A stretch of 64,000 nt of DNA from an uncultured Acidobacteriota bacterium (GTDB lineage: Bacteria > Acidobacteriota > UBA6911 > RPQK01 > JAPXNP01), in assembly GCA_963777605.1 (NCBI GenBank), contig CAVZRV010000013.1:32001-96000 (forward strand), given 5' to 3'. This document shows positions 10,846-20,942 of this stretch, in pieces. Within the stretch, counting starts at the first letter, position 1; each line of letters begins with the position of its first letter. The position numbers and the translations under genes were made by a program. The notes beneath the pieces are model-generated. The model saw only the letters and a list, made by a program, of their open reading frames with translations, searched no databases and had not been told where the DNA came from.

Positions 10846-11563
10846 CTAGAAGCCGTTGCGGGAGGCCCGAATGGTTATTTTGGCGACCGGATTTCTCCAG
10901 TCGGAGGTGGCTGCGGATAGTCCATCGGGAGGGGAACCGGCGATTCCATGGACTCCGGCGTGAACGTAGACGTACCCTTCCGCGCCGTCGGTGTCACGGT
11001 CATTGACTCCGTTGTTGCAGGGAGGGCCGGGCACGGTGTCGCAGGTCTCGCTGTTTACCTCGGTCCCGGAATCGTAGGCAGGTGCGTAGAAGACCAAGGT
11101 CCCGAGGTTGGGCAGAAATGGAAAGTACAGCGATGACACCGGCTGGCCGTTCAAGGCGAAAAATGCATCGTTGGTCGAGCCGAGCATCCCGGCGAGACTG
11201 AGGTATCGTGGCCCAAAACCTGTACCGCCGTTCAGGATCACGGTCACCGACTGTCCCGGAAGGAATGGTCCGTCGCTCACCTGGACGTCGATCACGTCTG
11301 GATCGGCACTCAGTTGGGGAGCCAAAACCGACGTGTCCCCGCCTTCAGCGATTCTCCAGATTCCTTCGCTCGGCCGGTTCCCCGAGTGTGAAAATCGGGG
11401 TCATGCGGGCGTTGTGAATGGCTACAACCGCCGGCGAGAAAGGCTGCCCTTTGGTCAGGTTCGTGATGGTTACTTCGTACTGCAGGGGGCCGGCCAGTGC
11501 CAGTCCGGAACCCAGCATCAACACGGACAAGATTAAAATGATACGGGCTAATTTGGTTTGCAT
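10846..11563 (-). CDS. Spondin_N-domain secreted protein (one +1 frameshift near 11371)
   Basis: YEVTITNLTKGQPFSPAVVAIH...IAEGGD...MLGSTNDAFFALN...AYDSGTEVNSE...YVHAGVHG...WRNPVAKITI. Confidence 0.85.
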
Positions 11564-11965
11564 TAGTTACTCCTTGTTGAATTTCGTGTTATCGCCCTGT
11601 GAACCACCCCGTAGGGATGATTCACCCCACTCGCCGTCCCAACAGACCGCGGAATCCATCTGCCGGATTCTCCTTTCGGACCAGCTGTGGAAACCATCCC
11701 CGGGGAGTCGATCTGATCCAGTCCGGCGATCCGAAGGTATGCAAGTGAGCTGATTACTGAATACTTTGCTCGGGAAGCGGAAATGGTTACGGGACGGAGC
11801 AAATACCTGAATCAACACCCGAAATGAGGGACTCCGTGCCAGCAACGGATGACGATATCGAAGGTTGTGGGGCGTCTTGCCATTACCCTGGCGTATGTAT
11901 TTGTCCCCAGGCAACTTGGCGGGGGAAGACGAGATGACTTCGCAGGGAAGAGTCTGAAACCGTTC

Positions 11966-12505
11966 TCAGGAGGTTTCCCCGAAGACGGCGGAGAGTTCCT
12001 CCAGGCATCCGGCCTGGGCGTCCGCACCGAGTTCCAGGTAGACGCCCGGCGTGGATTTGAAGGCAGCTCCGCCGAGGGCGATCCGCGGCTGCGCAGGCAA
12101 GTCCGCACTGCGGATCGCTGCAATTAGCCTTCGAACAACAGGAGTAGCGGTCAACTGGTTGTTGATCGACATCAATTCGTGGTTGAGGGCCTGTTCCCGA
12201 TCAGCGGGAATTTCTCCAATCAGGGTAAAGCCATCCGGCAGCTTTTCGATCCAGCAACGGATCGTAATCGGATGCTGGAGGGAATCACAGAAATTCAGCT
12301 GCAGTTCCGCAGAGGGAGCCTCATGGTTCTGCAGAAATTCCTGAACCGTTCGGGCGTCGCGTTCCACGAGGAAATCCCAAGCGCTGAAGCCGCGGATCGT
12401 GTCGGCTTCGATCTTGAGAGTGCGCGCAAAACAGCGGTTCAATTCGAGAATGTGACCGTTGGAGCCCGCTCTCAGGTAGTGAACAGTCTCGACTTGATTC
12501 GACAA
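11966..12505 (-). pseudogene. Chimera: PAS/coiled-coil start of a sensor kinase fused to the C-terminus of a B12-binding domain
   Basis: PAS-like N-terminus ends ELMSINNQLT, then IRSADLPAQPRIALGGAAFKSTPGVYLELGADAQA. No kinase domain and no cobalamin-binding His. Confidence 0.6.
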
Positions 12506-12608
12506 CTTTGCCCCACAAGTTCAATGGACGAAACCCCCTTCGCGGTCGCAGACTGGGCGCCCAATAAGATATCACGGGCCGCGCTGCCCCGGGATGACCG
12601 ACGACTCC

Positions 12609-14450
12609 CTAGAAGGAGGGGATCCTGCACTCCAGGCCGGCCCGGATCCAGCGACCGGGCATGATAACCCCGCGGATCTCTTCGTACCGGCTATCGAGAA
12701 GGTTGGAAACCTCCAGAAAGCCATTGAAACGGCCCAGTTCCCGGGACCACTTCTGATTGAGAACCCAGTAGCGCCGACCGTCCGATCGAACTTTGAAGTG
12801 GAGGTCCTGACCAAGCCGGAACCGGCCGGGAAGTTGAACGGTCCCGAACGCGGAGAAGGCGTGCCGGGCAAAATCAAGCGCGTACTTGGAAAGGAGGTCA
12901 AGAGTTTCGGTAGTCGAATCCAGGTACGCATACTGGACCGAGACCAGGCCGACCCTTCCGCCAAGCGCTTTCTGAAGCCCGAGTTCCAGGCCCCGGGTAT
13001 CGAGTGCCCGGATGTTGGCTGTTCTCCACCTTTGATCGGCGGACTCTCGGACCCAGTCAACCAGGTTCTGATCCCAGCGGGAAAAGGCCGAGACCTGGAC
13101 CAGGAGAGACGGGTTGACGATCCAATCTGCCCCTGACTCCAATTCCCAGGCCTCTTCCGGGAGCAGGTTCGGAGACGCCAAATGATTCGGGTCGCTGTAA
13201 TAGAGTTCGGTGAAGGTCGGAACTCGGAAGGCATGACCCGCAGACGAACGAAGCTTGAGGCGGGGATGGACCCACCAGGCGGCGCTCAGCGAAGGGCTGA
13301 ATGCCGACCCGAAGGACGTATAGTGATCGAATCGGATTCCCGGGACAAGAGAGAACCGATCTCCCCACGCCTGCTGCAGTTCGGCATAGAGTCCCCATCG
13401 ATCGTAGGCATGGCGTCCGAGGTTGTTCGAGTCGATCCATTCATGGCCTGCCTCTCCACCCCAGGAGAACCGGGTGTCTTCCAGGATCTCGTGTTCGTTC
13501 CGGATTGAGGTCCCGATGGAATGGGTCCGGTGATGATTTTCGGCAAAGCCGGGTCTGCGAACATCCCAGAGGAAGTGATCTCCATGGGTGCGATAGAAGA
13601 TTCGGGTGTCGGTCTTCCTGGCACCGGACGAGAGGAACGGACTTTCCATCGCAATCATCGTCGCGTCAGTCCATTCCTTCGAGGGCGAGGGCCCGTAGAA
13701 ACCATTGGCTCCGAATTCTTTGTTGAGATGGCCGACCTGGAGGTACGCGCCTGAGCCGAATGCCGTCTCCGAGTTCACCCCGACGTTCGCAAAATCCCGG
13801 TCAAACATGAATCCGCTCGATCGAATGCCGAATAGGGATACGGTCTGGCGAACGGAACCGGCCTCGATGATCGCTCGACCGCCGGCTTCGGCGAGGCCGT
13901 GTGAGCCTGCTGCAAAGCGGGCCTGGCTCTCACCGGCATCACGAGTGATGATGTTTATGGCCGCGCCGAAAGCGTCGCCGCCGTAGACGGAAGAACCGGT
14001 GCCGTGCAGGACCTCCACCCGTTCGATGTCGGCCAGTGCCACAGGGAGATCGGTGTTGTGATGGCCGGTCTGGGAATCGTTCATGCGAATCCCGTTGACC
14101 AGGATCAGGGTTTGTCCGAAACCGGCGCCGCGGGCCGAAATGTCGCTCTGCACGCCGAATGGAGAACGGCTGCGCACGTCAACGCCTGTGACATAGCGAA
14201 GGAGATCCGGCACGGAGTGGACGGGCAGCTGCTCAATCTCCTCCCGGGAGATGATCGTGACCCCGCGGCCGAGGTCCTGAAAGGTTATGGGAGAAGCGTT
14301 CGCCGTCACTACGACCGATTCCTTGAGGTCGGCCTGGGCAAACAACACCCCGGTGGAGATTCCGGCCTGTGGAAGCAGAGTCAGCCACGCGATTCGCGCA
14401 ACAGTCTTGAGGCAGCGGGGATAGAGCACAGCTTTTCTCGGAGTCTCCAA
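12609..14450 (-). CDS. TonB-dependent receptor (BtuB-like size)
   Basis: ESVVVTAN TonB box; ISARG, LILVNGIRMND and IERVEVLHGTGSSVYGGDAFGAAINIIT plug motifs; barrel ending PGRWIRAGLE. Confidence 0.92.
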   Translation of the reverse strand: METPRKAVLYPRCLKTVARIAWLTLLPQAGISTGVLFAQADLKESVVVTANASPITFQDLGRGVTIISREEIEQLPVHSVPDLLRYVTGVDVRSRSPFGVQSDISARGAGFGQTLILVNGIRMNDSQTGHHNTDLPVALADIERVEVLHGTGSSVYGGDAFGAAINIITRDAGESQARFAAGSHGLAEAGGRAIIEAGSVRQTVSLFGIRSSGFMFDRDFANVGVNSETAFGSGAYLQVGHLNKEFGANGFYGPSPSKEWTDATMIAMESPFLSSGARKTDTRIFYRTHGDHFLWDVRRPGFAENHHRTHSIGTSIRNEHEILEDTRFSWGGEAGHEWIDSNNLGRHAYDRWGLYAELQQAWGDRFSLVPGIRFDHYTSFGSAFSPSLSAAWWVHPRLKLRSSAGHAFRVPTFTELYYSDPNHLASPNLLPEEAWELESGADWIVNPSLLVQVSAFSRWDQNLVDWVRESADQRWRTANIRALDTRGLELGLQKALGGRVGLVSVQYAYLDSTTETLDLLSKYALDFARHAFSAFGTVQLPGRFRLGQDLHFKVRSDGRRYWVLNQKWSRELGRFNGFLEVSNLLDSRYEEIRGVIMPGRWIRAGLECRIPSF

Positions 14451-14535
14451 TTCCGGTTGGCCGGGTGTCGATTTGTCAGAAAATCCTACACTGGTTCGAG
14501 AGTATACTCAATCGATCAGGATTGTCGATTGGAGG

Positions 14536-14862
14536 TCAGAAGCTAAAATGGGAGAGGATCGTTTCTTTGAGCGCCTCTGCATCCTTCAGGTCGGAGGTAG
14601 TAAAGAAATGCAGGGTTCCACTTGTTGAAAGTCCCGGGTCGCCAATGACCTGCCAGACCGAAGGGCCCCGGTTTGGACTGCCCAGATGAGAAATAGTTGC
14701 ACTCAGATTGGCCGAGGCGAAGGCACGCCGGCATCCGTTAGGGGATTCGACCAGGCAGACACCCGGCTTGTCAGGGGCTTTAGCGCAGTCGTCAGGGAAC
14801 TTCAGCCTTGAAACCATGGAAACGACACGCTCGTCTTCGTAAAAGACTTCTTCGATTCTCAA
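14536..14862 (-). CDS. Hypothetical protein, weakly GIY-YIG-like
   Basis: APDKPGVCLV...ASANLSATISH resembles a degenerate GIY-YIG start; RBS GGGGAG. Confidence 0.5.
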   Translation of the reverse strand: MRIEEVFYEDERVVSMVSRLKFPDDCAKAPDKPGVCLVESPNGCRRAFASANLSATISHLGSPNRGPSVWQVIGDPGLSTSGTLHFFTTSDLKDAEALKETILSHFSF

Positions 14863-15385
14863 TGCTCTCCCCCAAGAGACTGACCGATTAAGTGTTTTAC
14901 CACAACCGAATGAACGAATCCAATCAGAATTTTCCCTGGCCTTCGCGGGACTGCAAAGCGCAGGTGACCGATACGCCGAAGCCCTCCATCAGACCGGCGC
15001 ATCTCTTCGTTCTCCGGTTCCATATTGCAGGAAATGCCGGTGTCCCGGCCCGCCCATGAAGAGCCTGGCCGAGTAAAGAACAAGGGCATCCAGGGAGGGC
15101 ATCGTCGGTGTCCGGATTCCAGGCGTGAAGCAGATACCTGGCATCCTCTCGACCGCGATCGACCATGGGATACTCGCTTGCAGGACGACATCCATCTCGG
15201 CAGCACCGCGGGGAATCCGAGACGACTCTTCAGGAGGGGGAATTGAAACGCCGGGTCGCGAAGGAGAAGACCCGGTCCTGATCCCTGCTCGGATCGTATC
15301 GACTGGTTCGTCGGCCGGGAGTGGGGATTCGTTCGACGACAAATTCGTTGCTCTCCTCTTCGGTCTCTGGTTGACTGGGCACATC

Positions 15386-16822
15386 ATGTTGAGACGACAA
15401 TTCCTGAAGGCTGCAGGTGTCAGTTTGTGCCTTGAGACCGGGAGCCGATCGGAGAGCGTTGTGCTGGGAGCGGCCGGCCTCAATGAGAGTGCCGTTCCTG
15501 GCGAAACCCTTCGCCCGCGCCACCCTTACCACCAGACTCAGACGATCAAGATCTTCATGTGTTCGAAGACGGAGCCCCGGGCAGCCCTCAACGTCGATCA
15601 GGCACTGGAAGTCATCCGGAAACTTCACAATCTCACCCGGGGAATTCCCACCATCGCCTACCTGGTCGGTTGGCAGTACGAGGGTCACGACTCCAAGTAT
15701 CCCGCCTGGTTCGAAGTGAACCGAAAGATCGGGGGCATGGGATCGAAATCGGCACACAAGGATCTTTTGAAGTTGATGTCTGAGGCGCGCAGGTTCAACA
15801 CGACGGCGAGCGTGCACATCAACATGGACGACGCCTACGAGAACAGTCCCCTCTGGCGGGAGTACCGTGAAGCCGACGTCCTGATCCGGGAAGAGGACGG
15901 GAGCCTCCGCAAAGGGGGCGTCTGGGGTGATGAACAGTCCTACCTGGTCTGCAAGGCCCGCGAGTGGGAGAGCGGTCTCGCCCGACGCCGGATTGACCAG
16001 TTGCTCGAACTCCTGCCGATTGCCGGCGCGGGAACCGTCCACATCGACGTATTCCAGCCTCTGGCCAGTCCTTATCACGGCGTGACCGAGGAGGGCGACG
16101 TCGAGGCGATGAAGCAGATCATCCGCTACTGGCACTCTCGTGGCGTTGATGTGACAAAGGAGTGGTTCCACCACGAGTTCGCCGGGTTGATCCCGATGGT
16201 TTGGCACCTCAACCTGGACGAGGCATCGCGGCTCAAATATTCCCCGGACGTGCTTTGTGGAGGCGGATCCGGATGGAATTCGCGAGCGGGGCGGGGATCG
16301 CGAGGGACGCATGGCAGGCCGGAGGACGGTTGCCTGTTCGAGGACGCCTGGGGTCACGCGATGTATGGCGAGCCCGAGATCGGTGCCGACGCCGAGAACC
16401 TCAGCAATGTCCTCGACCACTTCTGCCTGACGACCCTGCCCTGGTATTTCCTCAACCGGCAGCGTGCCGTCCGGCATGTCCAGACGGCGACCCGGTACTC
16501 GGTCGAGTTCACCGGCGAGGTACGTACCGATGTAGATGTACGGAGCGGGAAGTTGAGGTTGACCGCCGGAGACCGTCTCCTGGTCGATGGGACCGATCTC
16601 TGTGTCCCCGCGCTTTGGAGACCGGAGGAGTGTATCGCCTACAGCCGGGAGGGAGGGCTCTCAAAGTGGCAGTTGCCGGAGGACTGGCGCTCGGTCGGCC
16701 GGGTCGATGTTGCCGAAATTGGGCCTGAAGGGCTCCGACCTTCGGGGCAGAGACCGGTGGTGAATGGCTGGGTAACTCTTGAGCCTGCCCCGGGACAGGG
16801 TCTCAGCTTGACTCCCGCTTAG
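15386..16822 (+). CDS. Tat-exported GH101-like (endo-alpha-N-acetylgalactosaminidase family) glycoside hydrolase
   Basis: MLRRQFLK Tat motif; YLVGWQYEGHDSKYP, SVHINMDDAY and VHIDVF motifs. Confidence 0.75.
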   Translation: MLRRQFLKAAGVSLCLETGSRSESVVLGAAGLNESAVPGETLRPRHPYHQTQTIKIFMCSKTEPRAALNVDQALEVIRKLHNLTRGIPTIAYLVGWQYEGHDSKYPAWFEVNRKIGGMGSKSAHKDLLKLMSEARRFNTTASVHINMDDAYENSPLWREYREADVLIREEDGSLRKGGVWGDEQSYLVCKAREWESGLARRRIDQLLELLPIAGAGTVHIDVFQPLASPYHGVTEEGDVEAMKQIIRYWHSRGVDVTKEWFHHEFAGLIPMVWHLNLDEASRLKYSPDVLCGGGSGWNSRAGRGSRGTHGRPEDGCLFEDAWGHAMYGEPEIGADAENLSNVLDHFCLTTLPWYFLNRQRAVRHVQTATRYSVEFTGEVRTDVDVRSGKLRLTAGDRLLVDGTDLCVPALWRPEECIAYSREGGLSKWQLPEDWRSVGRVDVAEIGPEGLRPSGQRPVVNGWVTLEPAPGQGLSLTPA

Positions 16823-16832
16823 CGCGACCGGG

Positions 16833-17372
16833 TCAGCTCTCGGTTGTGGGATGCGTGATCTCCGGGACAGGCCTCGGACTCGAATCCGGTCTGCTCGTGC
16901 GGCCGGTGGAGCGGGACTTCCGGCGGGTCCAAAGGAAGCAGAGAATTGCGACCGGGACGGTGACTAGATCGACGAAGATCCAGTAGTGAAACGAGATCGT
17001 GCGGATACCGATTCTCCCTCCCAACGGATAGAGCGGGGCGGTACCCCCGGAAATCGTGTCAACCCCAAGATGCAGCAGGACCGCTAGCCAGGCTGCAACC
17101 GCCGCCGGTTTCCAACCGGGTCCCAGCAATTTCCGGCCGAACAGGATCAGGATCGGGACCAGCGCAGCGAGAAACCAGACCGTGTGACTCCAACTGGTCA
17201 GGCGGGCATGCAGTGAAAGGTGCGGCCAAACGATGTCGGGCAATACGCCCCCCACTGCAATTGCGCCGAGGTGACGGACCTGGAACAGGAGTCGTCCTTT
17301 GCGTTTCACGTAAACAGCATTGACTGCTGTGGCCGCAATTACCGGCAAGCTTGCATGGGTCCCAACGAACAT
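16833..17372 (-). CDS. Membrane-bound metal-dependent hydrolase (YdjM-like)
   Basis: GTH, GGVLPD, WSHTVWF, LLHLGVD and LYPL motifs. Confidence 0.75.
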   Translation of the reverse strand: MFVGTHASLPVIAATAVNAVYVKRKGRLLFQVRHLGAIAVGGVLPDIVWPHLSLHARLTSWSHTVWFLAALVPILILFGRKLLGPGWKPAAVAAWLAVLLHLGVDTISGGTAPLYPLGGRIGIRTISFHYWIFVDLVTVPVAILCFLWTRRKSRSTGRTSRPDSSPRPVPEITHPTTES

Positions 17373-17391
17373 TGATTTTCAATCGAGCAGG

Positions 17392-18909
17392 TTACTCTGA
17401 GCCGGGCGCCCGCAGCAGCAGGACGTTGTTCGTCGAGCGCGATTCGCCTACCGATGAAACCCGGATGCCCCGCTTGTCATTGACCGGACACTTGTTTTCA
17501 CAGAGTCCGCAGCCAATGCAGCGAGCCGGGTCGACTACGGGCCGCTGGAGCTTGACCCGCTCGCCGGCCGAATTGACCGCTTCGGCAGGTTCGATGTAGA
17601 TGGCCTTGGGAGAGACCGGGCACATTTCCTCGCAGACGATGCAGGGCTTGTTCATCGCCCACGCAAGACAGCGGGTGCGGTCCACGAAAGCGGTTCCCAG
17701 TTTGACCGGAGCTTTGTAAGGTTCCCGGCCCAGTTTCTCTTCCAGGGTGAGCGATCGAATCGCACCGGTCGGGCAGACTTCACCGCAAAGTGCGCAGTTG
17801 TACTCGCAGTAACCGAGGCGGTAGACCATGACGGGGGTCCAGATCCCCTCCAGCCCGGCCTGAATGAGCGTCGGCTGGATGGCGTTGGTTGGGCACACCT
17901 TCATGCAGGCGCCGCACTTCACACACTTGGCCAGAAAGTCTTTTTCGTCCGCCGAGCCGGGCGGGCGGATGACCACTGAGTCCGGCAGCCGGGCCGAGGT
18001 CGCAGAAGCGGCCAATAAGGGAACGCCTACTGCCGCGATGGCAGTCGTCTGAATCAGTCCTCGACGGGAGAGATCGGGAAGGGGATTGACGGTCGGGTTT
18101 TCCGGTGGAACCGTCCGGAACGAAATCGCGTTGGTGGGACAGTTCTCCCGGCACTCCATGCAGACAAAACACTCCGACTTGCGGAGTTTCATGTGGGGAT
18201 CCGCCGCACCGGGACAGTTTGTGACGCACTGCTCGCAGCCACTGCACTTGTCCTCGGACCGGTAGACGTGAAACAGCGAGAGCCGGGACGTGGCTCCAAG
18301 GAGGGCGCCCAGCGGACAAAGGGTCCGACAGAAGAATCTCGGCGATACGGTGTTCAGAAAGAGCAGCAGCAGGAGGATGCCCCCGAGCAGCCACCCGAGT
18401 TGAAAGGTCCGCGTCGGGAAAACGTACCCTTCGGTCATCACTCCGATCGCCGGATAAACGGACGTCGCCAAGCTTCTCGTGAGCAGGCTGATCGGGTCGA
18501 GCAAGCCGATCTGGGTGATGCCGAAGGCCGAGAGAATCAAGAATGCAACCAGAAGGTAGTACTTCACCCCGTAAAAGGAGCGGTACCGGTTCCTCTCGAC
18601 CACGTCCGCACGTTTCTTGGGGCGTGACAGCCAGTCCATGAAATGGTGCAGACTCCCGAACGGGCAGAGCCACCCGCAGAAGACCCGGCCCAGGAGAATC
18701 GTGACTACCAGAACGACGACGGCCAGAATCAGCCCGGAATAGAGCGTGTGACTGGCCAGGACGTTTGCGATCGCACTGAGCGGATCAAGTTGGAGAAAAA
18801 GGCTGACCGCGTAGTCTTCGATTCTGCTGAAGTCGCTTCGGAAGAGCAGCCAGAGAAACAGCGTAAGGAAGAAAACCTGCGTAATCGTGCGAGTTCTAGT
18901 CAGTCTCAT
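17392..18909 (-). CDS. Membrane polyferredoxin (NapH/MauN-like fused to NapG/MauM-like)
   Basis: GRVFCGWLCPFG and FFCRTLCPLG motifs, multiple CxxCxxCxxxCP clusters, IRPPG motif. Confidence 0.9.
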   Translation of the reverse strand: MRLTRTRTITQVFFLTLFLWLLFRSDFSRIEDYAVSLFLQLDPLSAIANVLASHTLYSGLILAVVVLVVTILLGRVFCGWLCPFGSLHHFMDWLSRPKKRADVVERNRYRSFYGVKYYLLVAFLILSAFGITQIGLLDPISLLTRSLATSVYPAIGVMTEGYVFPTRTFQLGWLLGGILLLLLFLNTVSPRFFCRTLCPLGALLGATSRLSLFHVYRSEDKCSGCEQCVTNCPGAADPHMKLRKSECFVCMECRENCPTNAISFRTVPPENPTVNPLPDLSRRGLIQTTAIAAVGVPLLAASATSARLPDSVVIRPPGSADEKDFLAKCVKCGACMKVCPTNAIQPTLIQAGLEGIWTPVMVYRLGYCEYNCALCGEVCPTGAIRSLTLEEKLGREPYKAPVKLGTAFVDRTRCLAWAMNKPCIVCEEMCPVSPKAIYIEPAEAVNSAGERVKLQRPVVDPARCIGCGLCENKCPVNDKRGIRVSSVGESRSTNNVLLLRAPGSE

Positions 18910-18923
18910 GGTGTCGCCAATTC

Positions 18924-19928
18924 TCAGATCTGGAGCAGCTCGAAGCCTGCGTCGTTGAGATCGGATGTGCCGTGTCCTCGGCGTTCCGCTTCACCAATGA
19001 ACGGAAGTCCAGCGGGGTCTGCGCCTACCAGCGTGGCGCCATAGCTGTCGAGGGCCACCGGGTCGGTCGCCACGGCGATGATGCCCTCGTGGCGAAGATC
19101 ACTGGGACTCCCCCCGGTCGGTCCATTGCGGAACATGACCCGGGTGGCATCGAGTACGATCAGTGTCGGACGCACAATCGAGGCGAGATCGGCGACACTG
19201 ATATTGATGTCCTGATGGAGTCGGTTCCTCCGCCCACCGAGTAACCCGTACCAGTTCTTCATCCCAAGGGTTACGCCGGCCAGGGCATGGTGCTTTGCGG
19301 TCGGCAGCCCGATGACCTTCGTGGCGGTCTCGAACGGGGCGTAAAAGAACGTCCAGCGTTTGAGGATCTCATTCGTCGGCGTTTCCACATCGCGAAAGGC
19401 CCCGGCGTGAGGATAGACCACGGTTGCTCCGTTTGCCTCGGCGGCGGCGGCCACACCGGAGATCACCATGCAGCGATTCGGGTCGTTGATCGGATTGTCG
19501 ACTACCCAGACTTCCGACGCTCCCTGGGCCCGACACAGCTTTGCCATGGCGCCCACGACTTCAGGGCTCGTGGTTGCCCCGAGCGCCGGGGGCGAGGCGA
19601 ACCCCACGTTCGGTTTCAGCACAACCCGGTCACCCGGGTTAATGAAACGGCCCAAGCCGCCCAGTCTTTCCAGGCAGAGCTGGATCATCTGCTGAGGATT
19701 TCCCCCCTTCGCGGCAACGATCCCCGGACGATCCGGGAGGTGCTCCACCCGGTAGTCGGGAAGTGTGACTGCCCCCTGTCCCGCATTGGGAACACGGTTG
19801 TGGAGGGCGAAGCCGAGGCCGCCGACACCGGCCACGGCCGCGCCGGCGGTGCCGACGCGCCACATGAACTCTCTGCGTGAGCAGTGGTGTTCCTGTGGCG
19901 GGAACTTATTGACCTCATTCTTCGCCAT
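18924..19928 (-). CDS. DUF362 domain protein with Tat-like signal
   Basis: SRREFMW, VVLKPNVG, TLGMKNWYGLLG, NGPTGG and DPVALD motifs. Confidence 0.88.
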   Translation of the reverse strand: MAKNEVNKFPPQEHHCSRREFMWRVGTAGAAVAGVGGLGFALHNRVPNAGQGAVTLPDYRVEHLPDRPGIVAAKGGNPQQMIQLCLERLGGLGRFINPGDRVVLKPNVGFASPPALGATTSPEVVGAMAKLCRAQGASEVWVVDNPINDPNRCMVISGVAAAAEANGATVVYPHAGAFRDVETPTNEILKRWTFFYAPFETATKVIGLPTAKHHALAGVTLGMKNWYGLLGGRRNRLHQDINISVADLASIVRPTLIVLDATRVMFRNGPTGGSPSDLRHEGIIAVATDPVALDSYGATLVGADPAGLPFIGEAERRGHGTSDLNDAGFELLQI

Positions 19929-20932
19929 CTTGTGGGGCCTCCCCAATCTCTTTCGGTACGGTCTGGATTGCGCGCTTGAGCAGGTCTTGAACAAGGGGTT
20001 CGTGCGGTCTTCAGATCAGCCAGTCCAGTGCTGCCGGCGACGAAGTTGTCCCTCGCAATAAACAAGGTTGGGCCCACGTACTTGTCCTTCCCCCAGACGC
20101 TCTTCACTTCGGACTGGTAGTCTTCGGACTCGAGGCCGTCGCTCGATTTCAGGAATTCAGCGTGGTCCTTCAGAATCTTCTCCGCCTCGGCGGGGTTGGC
20201 CAGGTCGCAGAAAAAGAGCCGGTAAGTCCCGGTGGGCGTCTCATAGCTGGCGTAGAACGTGTCGGTCAGGTAGGAAAGCCCGAAAGCCGCGGACTTGGAG
20301 TAGGCCAGGGTGTCCGGTATCAGCCCTTCCTTCGGGAACGCGTCGAACTCGACCAGGCTTGTCGAGCCGTCATCGATCTTGTCTGCCACCGCTTCGGCCG
20401 CTTTACTGACCTCGCTGCCCATGTCAGTCGAGGTCAGTCCGTTGACCTTGACGAACAGCGGGCCCTTCCAGAAGGAGGCTGTGTTGCCGGAGGCGTATCC
20501 CGAGTTGCCCAGGGAGATCAGTTCGTCCTCGGGCGGCACGCTACTCATGAAAAGGCCGTATGCATTCCGGCGGAGCACCATGTCATACAACTCGACCACC
20601 AGCGAGGGAATTGCCTCCGACTCGGATGAGTACTCGGCCACCAGCAGGGCACGGAATCCGAAACCAATGTAATGGGGGGCCTGCCCGTCAATGTACTCGT
20701 AGAGGTTCTCCGGAGTGTAGATCCTGGTTCCAGAAAGGCTCCGGTTGTCGATCTTCTCCGGAGCCAGATCCATCCCGGCGATCCAGGGCGAGTCTGCGAC
20801 CGTCACCAGGGAAACCCGGTCGGAGTGGCCGGTCAAGTAGACCACGAGGGCGATGCAGGCCAGACAAGTGAGTATGATCCCGCTCGCAACCCGGTCGGCG
20901 GGGCGCGTCTTCTTCGATTTACGTCGAGCCAC
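19915..20932 (-). CDS. DUF6599-like membrane-anchored protein (+1 frameshift near 20002)
   Basis: ENLYEYIDGQAPHYIGFGF, VVELYDM and FWKGPLFVKV motifs. The corrected frame ends EAPQDGEE*, overlapping the DUF362 start. Confidence 0.75.
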
Positions 20933-20942
20933 TGGTTCTTCC

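Noticed and set aside
11600-11700. c-di-AMP (ydaO) riboswitch suggested by GGGGTGAATC
   Set aside because: The other conserved ydaO segments are not present in the correct order.
14450-15380. Cobalamin riboswitch upstream of the BtuB-like receptor
   Set aside because: No B12-box or other conserved cobalamin riboswitch segments found on the minus strand, so the receptor's substrate is left unassigned.
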